This document shows, in pieces, positions 25,732 through 38,734 of a DNA stretch of 64,000 bases. The notes under the pieces were generated by a model that saw only the letters and a list, made by a program, of their open reading frames with translations, was not told where the DNA came from and did no database searches. Source of the DNA: Octopus sinensis (Eukaryota). Every line of letters starts with the position of its first letter. Positions within the stretch are counted from its first letter, which is position 1. A program made the translations under genes and the position numbers. The stretch is taken from positions 10,168,001-10,232,000 of the forward strand of contig NC_043012.1 of NCBI RefSeq assembly GCF_006345805.1, read 5' to 3'.

Positions 25732-26584
25732 ACAAGGAACCTATATATATATATGTAGGTTATACCTCTCCATTGCCTGTATATAGAAAATGGGTGTATG
25801 TGCTTCTACACACACATAAGTATATGTGGACTTTGTTTCTGAGAGTGTGCAGATTCAAAGTTGCAAATACACTAATATAATTTCTATATACAATTATTTA
25901 AAACATGTAGAAAATATTCTGATCGGGCAAATATATAGTTCAGAAACTCTTTTACCATCTGTATTTGCTTATGTGTTTTTTTTGTGTGTGTATATGTATA
26001 TATGTCTAGTTAAGTACATATGTATATACGCGCGTGTAATACAGTATATATTCTTTGTAAATGTATGTCCTATCTCAAAGTGTATACATATGCAGATCTG
26101 TATGATTATGTGTACGTATCGGTGCGTGTGTATATATATTTATATGAGTATGGGTATATATAGGCAAGTATGTATATGTCTATGTATGTGCGTAAGTATA
26201 TATATATATATATATATATGTATAGTCCTGTAAATAATAATAATGGTATTTTTATATAAGCTTAAAGTGATCACAGTATATTGACTAAGGGAATAGTTTA
26301 ATAAAGGGGCATATAAGCCTCGACAAGAAAAAGAAGGCTTTCTTCTCCGTGTGGAACACGAACCCAGATCTATTTGTTAACGCGACTAAGTATGTTACCT
26401 TTACACAAGCAAATTAGCCTGCTTCTTTCTGTCAAGTTTAAGAACTATATAAGTTCGTATTTGTTCTAGGTAAACAAACTTTCCATATGCTTTTGGTGCG
26501 AATGTCATTTTTTTATACGGCGTCACATAGAAATAAGAAACATTCGCACCAAAAGCACACACACACGCACTCACTCACTCTCAT

Positions 26585-26618
<34 letters not shown>

Positions 26619-26713
26619 TTATATAATAAGAAAAAAATATATATCTGAATGTCCAACCTGATTTAAAACTTAGGAATCACAATTTTTTAAATGTATATAT
26701 ATATATATATATA

Positions 26714-27217
26714 ATAGTTATCGCCATACTAATATGGCATTCTTATAAAAATAAGAAAAAAGCTGTCCGCTTATTAGCTCCATGAGGCCATCGCCTTAAG
26801 TTAGCTATTTGATACACAAACTGTATCCATATAACCTTAGTTATTTTAATATTTCTATTATTGAAAACAAGTGGATGTATTCCACCGAAACTAGGTAAAT
26901 AAAACCATCGAACAGAGATTGTCGGAAGCGACACCTACTGGCTGGCTACGTTGCATTGAAAAGGGGTAATACTCCGAAACGCGTCTGTAGCTGCCGGTCA
27001 AGTAGTGTGGAGCGACTGACCTCCCTTGTTCGAAGGTTATATGGATACAGTTTGTGTATCAAATAGCTAACTTAAGGCGATGGCCTCATGGAGCTAATAA
27101 GCGGACAGCTTTTTTCTTATTTTTATAAGAATGCCATATTAGTATGGCGATAACTATTATTTTCCGGGAACGCTGCCGCTGTTCTCTTTTAGAGAGACTT
27201 AGTTATTTTAATATTTC

Positions 27218-27222
<5 letters not shown>
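26714..27222 (+). mobile_element. Penelope-like pLTR fragment (family 5) with inverted 5' copy of its tail
   Basis: About 125-bp inverted repeat (about 26714-26838 vs 27033-27158); hammerhead relic inside; flanked by (TA)n. Confidence 0.7.
26951..26990 (+). ncRNA. Degenerate minimal hammerhead motif
   Basis: ttgca-TTGAAAA-gggg-taata-ctcc-GAAA-cgcg-TC-tgtag; classic GAAACGCGTC, with two changes in the core. Confidence 0.55.
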
Positions 27223-27273
<51 letters not shown>

Positions 27274-27319
27274 ATGTGTGTGTGTGGTGTGTGTGTGTGT
27301 GTGTGTGTGTACACAACAA

Positions 27320-28850
27320 AATGGCAATTATTGACAGCATCAACATAGAAGAAACTGATGAGATATCAGCCATTGAATAGATGAGCTAAAACTCAGAAAC
27401 AGGCCCTGACGGATTCCCAACAATCCTCCTAAAGAATTGCAAAGGGGCTGCAGCTAGACAACTTCAGATTCTCTTTCAGAGTTTCCTCACAACTGGGAAA
27501 CTGCCCAAAACGTTAAAGTAAAGCATTATATGCCCTATCCATGAGAGACGTACTTGATCAAACGCTAATAATTATAGACCTGTCTAACTTCCCTTTTCAG
27601 CAATGTCATGGAGGGCATTGTTAGGAAGAAACTAATTGAGTTTTTCTTTAAGATAAGATAATGAATTGCTTCCTGAGACCCAGCATGGCTTTCGCTCAGG
27701 CAGAAGCTGCCTTACACAGATTTTGCAACATTATGACTGGGTGTTGAAACAATTAATGAATCGCTCAAATGTAGATGTCATATATATTTGCAAGGCCTTT
27801 GATAAGGTTGATCATAGGATGATATGCCGCAAGCTACGGAGACTCCGCATAACTGGGAAAATTGGAGAATGGTTGCATGACTTCTTTATAGCAGCCAACG
27901 GAGATCTCTTCTTGGAGACATTAATAGAAAGTGGAGTGTCTCAGTGAACTGTTCATGGTGGCTATTTAAGACACGCCATCAGTTACACAGATACACACAC
28001 TTACTAGCTATGCCGACGACATAATAGTACAAGCAATCAAAGAACGTAGATGCCATATATAAATGGGCTGAAGACAACAATTTGCAATCACATACGGTGC
28101 GTGATCTTCGGATTGACGTAAGCAAGTATGCCTCGTTTCACATGCATGTCACCAAGGTGGTGGCAGTGTGAAGGTGAATGGCAGGATGGATTATCAGGAC
28201 CTTGAGAACAAGGAACCAGGAAACTATGCTGGTCATGTGGAGAACATTTGTCCTCAGCCGTCTGGACTACTGTTCTCAACTATGGTCACCCTACACTATA
28301 GGATTAATACCAGAACCTGACGTGGTTCAGAAATAATACACGAGGAAGATTGCATCAATGGGACAGCTGAACTACTGGGAGAGACTGAAAGAGCTACGAC
28401 TCTAATCCTTGGAGTGAAAACGGGAGAGATACGCAGTGATATATGTATAGAAGATGCTGGAGCGGCTAGCACCAAATTTTGGAATTGAGAGTTATACAAG
28501 ACTTCGAAATGGATGTCACTGCACTGTTCCAAAGCCCCAGCTGTCTCACCTAGGGCGTGGATAATGTACTGCAATAGCTTGAGATTCAAGTGCCCTCAGC
28601 TATTTAATTCCTTGCCAAAAGCTCTCAAGGACCTCCTTGGAGTGAGAGTAGAGGTTTTCAGGAAACCACTCAACATTTTACTATCCAAGATCCCAGATGA
28701 ACCAATATCAAGGTAAGAAACTAAAATGAGGGCAGCGATATCGAACTCCCTCCTTTACCAGAAGCCAAACCCATAGAATTGGTCAATTAAAAGCTGATTA
28801 CATTGGCGGTGACCCACCATAGCCGCAGCCTATAGGGATACGAAAGAAAG
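27320..28850 (+). mobile_element. CR1-type LINE RT relic through the 3' tail
   Basis: GPDGFPTILLKNCK; QHGFRSGRSCLTQ; KAFDKVDH; YADD; PQLFNSLPK; tail ggcggtgacccaccatagccgcagc. Confidence 0.9.
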
Positions 28851-29204
28851 AAACTTAAACCATTTTAACCCCCCCCCACTTCATTTTCATACATAGGACT
28901 GATTTTGTAAAAATTTGTTTAATAATTTAAGTCACTTACTGATTACATATATATATAGTAATACCACACTTCACGAGACCCCTTTTTATGAAATCTTGGC
29001 TTAAGGAGTGTTATTTTTCAAGCTCAAGATCCAAAGTTTGAACGAAATTCAACAGTTTCTATGCGTGTTGCCGTGAAATTTATAGAGAACCAAAAACAGC
29101 TCCTTCTAAGCAAATAACTTTAGACATGTTTTTTAAAAAGAAATTTACAAGAAATTTACGAGTGGTTGTGAATCGGCGCGTCCACCACTATGCCATATGC
29201 CCGT

Positions 29205-29303
29205 GGGCATATGGCATAGCGGTTAAGAGCGCGGGTAGAAAAGAAATAGGTTAAGAGCGCGGGCTACTAACCCCAAGGTTCCGAGTTCAATTCCAGGCAG
29301 TGA

Positions 29304-29355
<52 letters not shown>

Positions 29356-29360
29356 AATAC

Positions 29361-29430
<70 letters not shown>

Positions 29431-29610
29431 TAATAATAACAACATTAAAAAATACATTAGGAACGAGAACCCATGTTCGAAATTTACTCAAGACACCTGA
29501 TGATGGCTTGAATGTATATCGGTCGAAACGTTGTGTTAACAACAATCAAGATGAGGACAAATATCTGTCAAATGTAAATAATGTACATAATTCATAATCT
29601 CTTAAATATA
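29205..29610 (+). mobile_element. Composite SINE family E: tRNA head + (AAT)n + hammerhead-bearing tail
   Basis: A box tggcatagcgg, B box gagttcaattcc; gacctgaat(aat)n; tail homologous to 55800-55948. Confidence 0.8.
29493..29536 (+). ncRNA. Ultra-minimal hammerhead-like motif (family 6)
   Basis: acac-CTGATGA-t-ggct..ggtc-GAAA-cg-TT-gtgt. Confidence 0.65.
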
Positions 29611-29761
29611 CAACTGTAGTATCCCATAGGACTCAACAGATTTAGGCCAGTAAGCTACCAACAAAATATGAAGAATCTTTATTAGACATCGCTTTTCTGG
29701 AACCCTCCAAAATAAAGGATGAAATATAATTCAACCTTTTCACACACACACACACACACAA

Positions 29762-29829
<68 letters not shown>

Positions 29830-29835
<6 letters not shown>

Positions 29836-32832
29836 ATAAATATTAGGGAATAAATCCAAATTTACAGGGAAAAAATCAGATTTAGGATTAAATCCAATTT
29901 TATAGTAAAATATTATAAAATATTATTAGAGACAAAACCACTATTTTGCAAAACAAACAAGGAAAGACTTAATTTTAGAATTGGGAATGGAATAGTGTAG
30001 TAGTAAGGCAGGCATCGAGAATAGACTTGGGTTACTGCAAATTGTTTGTTAGAGCTGCTAAGATGAGCTAAAGCTCATAAATGTATATAATAATTTATCA
30101 TGGTAGTTTTATTAAAGAATCCATTCATAATAAATTTTTTTAAGTAGTGTTGGTTTGCCACGTGGATATAGTTTTTAGTTCCATTTATTCTATTTCTCCA
30201 ATCATAATTTTAAATGACGTTTACTTTCCATGGCGCGTATTCTTTTTATACATAAGTTTATATTTCTATGGTAACGTAATTTTGGTTTGATTTTTTTAAC
30301 GGCTTAGAATTTAATTTCACTTCATAATTTGAAACTGACTTGTAAGTATGTATTTTATTTCTCCTTATGTCATATTGTTATTTTTGATATTCTGGTTAAT
30401 TACGATGTATTTAATGTTGTTTTTCATTGGAGTGTTTATGTATATGAGATTGTGTGTGAGTTTTTAGTTGTATAATTTATTTATCTGTATGAGTGTGGGT
30501 GTGTAAATATTGTTGTATATATCGAGTTTAGTGAGTATGTATATGCGTATATGTGAGGGAGTATATGTATCTGTTGTGTGTGTGTGTTTTGCGTGTGTGT
30601 GTGTTTGGTTGTGAATGTGTATATGGGTTTGTTATTTAGATTGGGGATGTATGTGTTAATTTGTCTGTGTGGGGAGGGAGTGGGTTTTTGGTGTATATTG
30701 AGGTTTATAAGTTAGTATAGGTATGTGTGAGTGAGGTGGGTATTTGTATAAGTCGTGGGTCTGTGGTTTACGTGTGTGTATTTGTGTGTGAATGTTTAGG
30801 TTAGGGGGATTGCTATATAGGTTTGTTATAGAGTTTAGCAAAGGGAGATTTTATCGTTATATGTTTTTAAGAGTTTTGGTTTCATGGTTTTTTTAGGGAA
30901 TTCGTGGTAATTTGTCTATTTTCGATGTTGGTTGTTTTATTACATTTTTCATTCATAATTTTTGAGTGGTGTTCGTTTTGCCACGTGAATATTATTTTTA
31001 ATTCCATTCCATTTATTCATTTCTTTCTCCATTCATTTTTTAAAGATGTTCGTTTCCAGAGCGGTAATACTTTTTATACATATGTTAAGTTCCTTGGTAA
31101 CGTAATTTTGTTTGGTGTATATGTTGAGGCTTATATGTACTTGTGGGTGTGTGTGAGTGGGGTGGGTGTTTGTATTTGTTATGGGTGTGTGGTTTACGTG
31201 TGTGTATTTGTGTGTGAATGTATAGGTTAAAGGGATTGCTATATAAGTATGTTATAGTGTTTAGTAAAGGGAGGTTTTATCATTTATGTTTTTGTGAGTT
31301 TTAGATTATCATGGTAGTTTTAAAAGAATCCATTCATAATTTTTTAAAAATAATGTTGGTTTACCGCGTGTATATAATTTTTAATTCCATTTATTCTATT
31401 TCTCCATTCATAATTTTAAGTGAGGTTTGCTTCCATAGCGCGTATTCTTTTTATACATAAGTTATGTTCCTATGGTAACGTAATTTGGTTTGATGTTTTT
31501 AACGGATTAGAATTTAATTTCACTTCATAATTTGAAACTGACTTGATAGTATGTATATTATTTCTCCTTATGTCATATTATTATTTTTGATATTCTGGTT
31601 ACTTACGATGTTCTTTATATATCGTATTATGTGCAATAATGTTGTTTTTCTTTGGGATTGTGTGTGAGTGTGTGCGTATTTTGGTTGTGTAGTTTGTTTA
31701 TCTGTATGAATGTGGGTGTGTTAATATTGTTGTGTATGTCGAGTTTGGTGAGTATGTATATGTATATGGTGTGTGTTTTACGTATGTATATTTGTGTGTG
31801 AATGTGTTTATGGGTTTGCTATTTAGGTTTGGGGATGTATGTGTTTATTTGTCTGTGTGGGGTTGAGTGGGTTTTTGGAGTATATGTTGAGGTTTATATG
31901 TAAGTATAGGTATGTGTAAGTGGTGTGGGTATTTGTATATGTCGTGGGTGTGTGGTTTACGTGTGTGTATTTGTGTGTGAATGTTTAGGTTAGGGGGATT
32001 GCTATATAGGTATGTTATAGAGTTTAGTAAAGGGAGATTTTATCATTATATGTTTTTATGAGTTTTGGTTTATCATGGTAGGTTGTTAAGGAATTCGTAG
32101 TAATTTGTGTCTATTTGCGATGTCTGTTGTTTTATTGCATTGTTTCATTCATAATTTTTAAGTAGTGTTCGTTTACCAAGTGAATATAATTTTTAATTCC
32201 ATTTATTCCATTTCTCCGTTCATAATTTTAAGTGATGTCCGTTTCTAGAGCAGGAATGTGGGTTGTATGTGTGTGTGTGGGAGTATGAATAAGTATTGTG
32301 TTGAAGTATTTAGCTATTTTATTATTTATTTAGTTGCCTAGACGTTTTTATGTGTATGTATAGGGATATATATATAGGTGTGTGATTTAGTGTATGTAGT
32401 TAGATATGGTTATATATAATTAGTTATATGTGTATGGGTGTATATATAGTTTATTATTATATTACTATTATTTTTTTGTTTTGTTTTATATTTTATATTT
32501 TATATTTTATATTTTATATTTAATTGTTGATAGGTTTATTTTAGTTTATATATTGTTTATATATTGATTATAAATGGATTATATATAGGTTATATATGGA
32601 TTATATATTTATATTTTTTTCATTAATACTTTAATTATTTAAAAAAAAATTATTATTTTTATATTTTAAAATATTGATATTTTAGATTGGAAGCCCACCT
32701 GAAGATTGTCGATCAAGACAAGAAACAATTGTAGTGGCGGTGTTTTTGACTATTCATTAAAATTTTATGTATTGATTAAGTCTTTCCTTTTGTTTGTTTT
32801 GCAAAATAGTGGTTTTGTCTCTAATAATATTT

Positions 32833-32835
<3 letters not shown>
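29830..32835. mobile_element. About 3-kb Penelope-like non-coding element with inverted pLTR termini and an internally duplicated G/T-rich body
   Basis: 29830-29975 is the reverse complement of the family-2 tail; 32686-32835 is a direct pLTR with hammerhead; internal repeat of about 1.2 kb; (TA)n on both sides. Confidence 0.7.
32695..32737 (+). ncRNA. Minimal type-I hammerhead ribozyme motif, identical to 17371-17413
   Basis: ccac-CTGAAGA-ttgtc-gatcaa-gacaa-GAAA-caattg-TA-gtgg. Confidence 0.88.
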
Positions 32836-32865
<30 letters not shown>

Positions 32866-32899
32866 GTATATTTATATATATATATATTTATATATATAC

Positions 32900-33033
<134 letters not shown>

Positions 33034-33171
33034 CGGAGTAGTGAGATAGTGAGATATAGATATATTCCCTCCAGTATCCGAGCCTGACAATTCGTCTATA
33101 AAGCTAAGAGCTTTATGGAAACCATTGGTCACTGTATGACCAGACATGTATTAAATTACATATACGTTTAT

Positions 33172-33228
<57 letters not shown>

Positions 33229-33827
33229 GGGGGGGGAGTTGTGTGTGGCTATGGACCGTCGGTGAAAATGTGTTAATACATGACCATCAGAATAATGCAC
33301 ATAATATATTTAAATTCAATTTCTTTATCTGGCCACTCATGTTTTACAGAATAGCCATATTTGCATTCACTTCTATTATTTTTCTACCTCTGCTCATTAC
33401 AGACATTCTGTAATGTGTTCATTCTTTTTGGCTGGTTATTCATACGCATTGTTTTTCTAAATCTATCTTATTTTTCGTTTGGAGTTTCTGATATTTTATT
33501 TTACACGGTGATGCCTATGGCTCTCTCTCAGTAATTTGTATATCATTGGCTCAACTATGTATTCATTGCTTGATTTCGAAATTACTATCTGTGAGAAAAT
33601 GTATTGTTTTAATACGAATTTTCTTATATTGGGATGCATGTAGCTGTTTGTTTTATTATTCTATGTCTGTTTTTTTTTGCCTCTAGATGTTATTTTTCTT
33701 TTGTCGCCTTTCAAATTACTTTGCGGAAGCAATTTTATGTTGTTAAGGTCCATTGGCTGCAAATGATTGGTTCGAGGTTTCGCATAATTTTACTTCTGAA
33801 ATGTTAACATCTTTCTCTCTCTCTCTC

Positions 33828-33862
<35 letters not shown>

Positions 33863-33978
33863 GTATCTGTCTATTTATTGAATATATGTAAATACACACA
33901 CGTGCCTACGTGCGATTACACCCCCCACACATATTGAAGACTTATGTATCATACATATACACACATGCACATATACAT

Positions 33979-36726
33979 TAAGGTGATGACTTTTTCACAA
34001 CCTAATAACCCTATACTGTAATTCGATGAATAATTTCATAAAAATCAGGAAACAAACATTTATTTTGCTTTATTTAACAATGATGAAGTCATCCTCAACT
34101 TCTTAAGAAATCGATCTCTACTTTTGACCCAAATCATGCAAAATTTGTGTGGGGTTTCATAAATGCCAGGCCAAGTGTTTACCAAACTCGGTGTGCTGAT
34201 TGAATGCAATGTAGAAATAGAATATCTGAAATTTAAGCTTTCTAGTTGAAGCAGTTTCGAAGATATCGGGTTTTAAAACTGTAATCACTAAGTGGCACTA
34301 GATTCACACTTCGGCATTTCTGCTCCCTAAATCCTTCTAAACGCAAGAGGGATGTGGAATAAAAGTGTATTGAAAGATATGTAAGATTACTGAATTGAAA
34401 TTGCTCTGTGGAAAGGTTCAAAACTAGGTTATTTTGAGAAAAAAAAATCATTACAAGCATTCGATAACATACAAAATTAAATATAATACCTATTTTTAAC
34501 TTTATAGGTTTAATTCTAATTTTAAATAACGGTATAAGAAAAAGAGTGCTGAATGTTAGCAATTTTTAAACATAAGGAATTACTATGTTTTGTTAGATAA
34601 AATAAATCGAAGTTGAAGATTCTCCTTCTTTTTACAAATATCATAAAGGTGTTTAAGAAATTTCATTGCCCGTTCTGCACTCTAATTTGTTCTGGGAATT
34701 TCGAGTTTCTATGGTTCTCGACTCCAAAGGTTTTTACAGAGTTCAATGTTTTTCTTTTTTTATGAACTTGCAGGCTACCACATAACATTTTATAATAATG
34801 TGCATTGAACATTTGGTCAGTAAGAGATGAATGGAGAAAACATTGAGAAGAAAAACTCTTATCTCTGTTAGAAGAATAAATGACAAAAGAGCTAGAATTG
34901 CTTGTGAATTCCATCTTAGGTTACTTAAGTTGAGTATCTTTTGAAGCACTTGGAAATTTGCCGGTTTCTTCAAAGACACGAAAACCTCTGGTCAAATGAG
35001 ATAGAAAATTGAACGTCATCTTTCCATCCTCCTGATTCTTTCCCTTGCCATTGTTAAAATTAGGCTGGAATTTCTCGTAATTATTTAGAAGCTCTGGGGT
35101 ACACTGTATAGTAAACATTAGGAGATTACTTGTTTTTCTCCAAGTTCGTTGTCCATTACCACACGAAGAACTCTATCAAGGATATGATACTGACAACCAA
35201 TAAATTGCGTTTCTTTCAAACACTTTTGAGCAAAGTCTTTGCAACTCAATGACATTGCCATTTTTTTCCCCAGTGTTCATACTCGTTGTATCAGCGACGA
35301 TCATCATTACACAGTTCCATAAACTGTATTCATAAAAAACAGCTGTTATTTCTTTCGCACCAGTATCGGCTTTTCCCTTTGGTATTTGGAGTGCTTGTAA
35401 CTTAACTTCCCACTGTTCATTCTTTAAAACTAGCGCTTGGTATTCTAGGTCATCAATATGTTTACCATCACAATGCAATGACAAGTTTTCAAAATGTAGT
35501 GTTTTATTCAGTTTCTTTTTTAGTTTAACAGCTTCTTTGATTGTCGATCTCTAAATACCAAATTGGGAAGGAGTTTCGACATTGATTCCGTCTTGTGGTA
35601 ACTGTGGCTACTCTTTGTGTTGATAGCTTGGAAGATATTACTAACTTGGTTGCAGTCCAGTTTTGCTATTCTCCCTCCTTGCTTGGGTGGATTCTTCATC
35701 TGATTTTTTCGGACTCTTGATATTCTCTTTTATCCTCTGCTTCAGAGTTAGCGATGACATTGAAGTTGGTCTGGTTGAAGTTGGCATTAAAGACACTTTT
35801 CTTCTTTTGGGTGGATGGAAAGTTTTGAAACCGGCTCCCTTTCCCGTTCCATACCTAACCTGTCACTTTCTTCCAATTTGAAGATAATATAACCTATTCT
35901 CAAAGCACAGCCACTCGCCCTTTTTCTTTGTGATGTCAACAATTTCTTGTGAATGAATCGTATTATCCTAGTTTTACACATTTATCGTAGGCGTTTAGCA
36001 TCTTTTCTACATTTGCTTTACATTTTGAATTGATAAATATGGCAAATTTGATTTTTTGCTATAAAATAGTTACTCATTTCAAATTTTCCATTGTTCTTTC
36101 TTTCCCTCCTTTGATGGCACCTCTAAGGAACAGGTAGAGACCGACAATTTGAACTTTTATTGGTATCCTATAGTTGTTTTTCAAATAATTCTCTTCTAGA
36201 GGAACTGTTCTTCTTTTTCTATGTGAGCCTTGAAATTGCACTACATTCTTCGTCCATAGTTTTTGTTTCTTTGAGTGACACAAGCACTTCCCTTATGAGA
36301 CATTATTTTAAATAATCTAGTTAGATAAGCCTAATATTCTGAAAAACAGTTAATATAGTCAGCGTTTTTAGCCTCACGGAAATACAAAGGAGAAGAAGCG
36401 ATATTTCCTAAAGTAGGGGCTACGTGGTAACAAATTAAAAACTCTATAACCCCTAAATTACTTAAACTGGTAAGCTAAAATTTGAGATATACTACCTCTA
36501 CATTGCATTAAGTCAGCACACCAAAAACCTTGAGTAGGCATTGTGAGCCCCCACCTACAATTTTGCATGATTTGGGTCAAAAGTGATTGTTAGATTTCCT
36601 AAGTTGGGGTAAAGTTTTTGAAAAAATTCAAAATAAATGTTATTTTCCTACTCATATAAAATTGTTCATCAACTTTTAATACAGGAAATTGTGTATTTTT
36701 AAAGAAATCAAAACGACATAACCCTA
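33979..36726 (-). mobile_element. Full-length hAT-superfamily DNA transposon (hATm-like ends), transposase pseudogenised
   Basis: 8-bp TSD atatacat at 33971-33978 and 36727-36734; imperfect TIRs taaggtgatgac / tagggttatgtc; subterminal IR gacccaaatcatgcaaaatt; LHCDGK, DTTSMNTG.KNG, GCQYHILD motifs. Confidence 0.88.
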
Positions 36727-37235
36727 ATATACATATAAACACCCATCCGTAAATTTATCGGCGTTCGTTCATACAAGCAGACTTGTGTATCTGTATGTAT
36801 GTATGTATGTATGTATGTATGTATGTATGTATGTAGTATGTATGTATGTATGTGTGTATGTATGAAGTTTTGCCCGTGGAAATTTCCTTCCTGACAATTG
36901 TGGTTATGCATGTCTGAGGATGTATTTTATTTGAGCAAGCATTCACAGATGTTTCTCAATAAGTAATATCTGTAATGATGCCTTATCAGTTATTTTCTCA
37001 TGTTCTCTAAATGATATGTGCATACGTAATTCTGGGAAGATTGCAATTTCGTGTTTTCTTTTCCTCGGTTTGATAAATTTGTTTCATATTGCCATTGTTA
37101 TAAATTCGAGATTACTTTTGCTGCTGTTTCATCATATAAGTGTAAACGCATTTATATATATATATATACATACATACATACATTCATATATACATACATA
37201 CATAATACATACATACATAATACATACATACATAA

Positions 37236-37269
<34 letters not shown>

Positions 37270-37799
37270 CATACATACATAATACATACATACATAATAC
37301 ATACATACATACATACATGCATACATACATAATAGATACATACATACATATACGTATATTTATACAACCTTATATGTATTATGTGTCATATTTTAGCTAA
37401 TAATTACATGTCTTTATGAGTTTATTTGAATTAAAATTTCTTTCTTTTCTTCCTCCCGTGGAAACAAATAAAAAAAACGTTTATATAATTCAGTTAGGCA
37501 AATAGAATTATTAATATATTCTACATGCCTATATTATATAACTCTTATAAAAATCCTAAGAGAACTTGCTGGAGAACTTACAATACTATTTTAATATGAA
37601 GCAGTTTCCCATATATCTTTGCAGGACTGAATACAAATTTTCTGTTGTACCAAAAACTTTTCAATTTGAATACATCCCAATAAATAATTTTGGTGAAAAG
37701 CAATTCACAATAAAATTAAGAATAATGCAAAAGATAATGTTTCTACATTGTTATCATTATAAGCATTCCATTATTTTTATTCTATGTTAGTCAGGATTG

Positions 37800-38690
37800 T
37801 TCTTATTCTTGGTAGAACTTATGAGAGTAGTGTGTTACTCATTGTAGCCTTATATATCCAAATGATTTCAATGAGACTTTTATAGTTCAAAGACCCTCTG
37901 ATGACCCTTAGAAGCAAAGCTTCTGTAAAACTCAACAGGATATTCCGTTCCAATTTCATTTAACTATTTACCTATTTTATTAATCATAATCTCTAATGCA
38001 CCAAGTATTACATGTATAACCTTTACATATTTTATATTACAAATTCTCGTAATCTCAACTATTAATGGATCGCATTTTTGAAATATTGTATCCTCATTCT
38101 TAATGATTCTAGAATCAAATGGATATAGTGGTTAACACAGAAAGAAATTTCGCATTTCCTTGACTATTACTGATATAGATAGCTTCTGGTGCTTTTCCTT
38201 CTTATCCATTACAATATCTTGTAAAATCCCCATTTCTCAAAAAGCTTCCAGTGCAAACGTTTTCCATCTTGGCAATCATCCTATTTTTTATACTTTTCCC
38301 CGGCCAACTTGGAGTATTTTACAACAATGTGTCCTACTGTTTCATCCAGTATTCCACTAACACTACATTTTGCTGACACCACCCCGATAAACATTTTTCA
38401 AGTTGCTTGTTGGCAATTCCTTTTTTTTTCAATGACCCTATTTTTTTAAACACTCCAACTGTTTTTACACATACATTCACAGTTTTTCCAAAACAGACTA
38501 CACAAAGGTTTCTCTTCAAACCTCTTTCATTTGTTCTTATTGCATTTTGGTCCTTTTCGCCTAATCCACTCTTGATCAGCTGTTCTTTATTCACTGATGT
38601 ATCAATTTCTCTGAACTCTTTTATAGATAACCTAGTAAGCTTTTTTGTTCCATAGGCACACACTCTTCCACGCTTAATTAAGCCATTTCA
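37800..38690 (-). mobile_element. R4/Dong-clade RLE-domain relic
   Basis: YPFDSRIIKNE..LIVEITRICNIKYVKVIHVILGAL; upstream CxxC region in ORF 38334-38663. Confidence 0.7.
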
Positions 38691-38734
38691 ATCCTGCTCA
38701 CTTTACAAAAACAACGACTAGTGTCAGCTTTCTG

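Noticed and set aside
33070-33138. tataaagc/gctttatg-GAAA-ccattgg-TC-actg, a hammerhead-like 3' half
   Set aside because: No 7-nt core adjacent to stem II (21 nt separate it from cagt)
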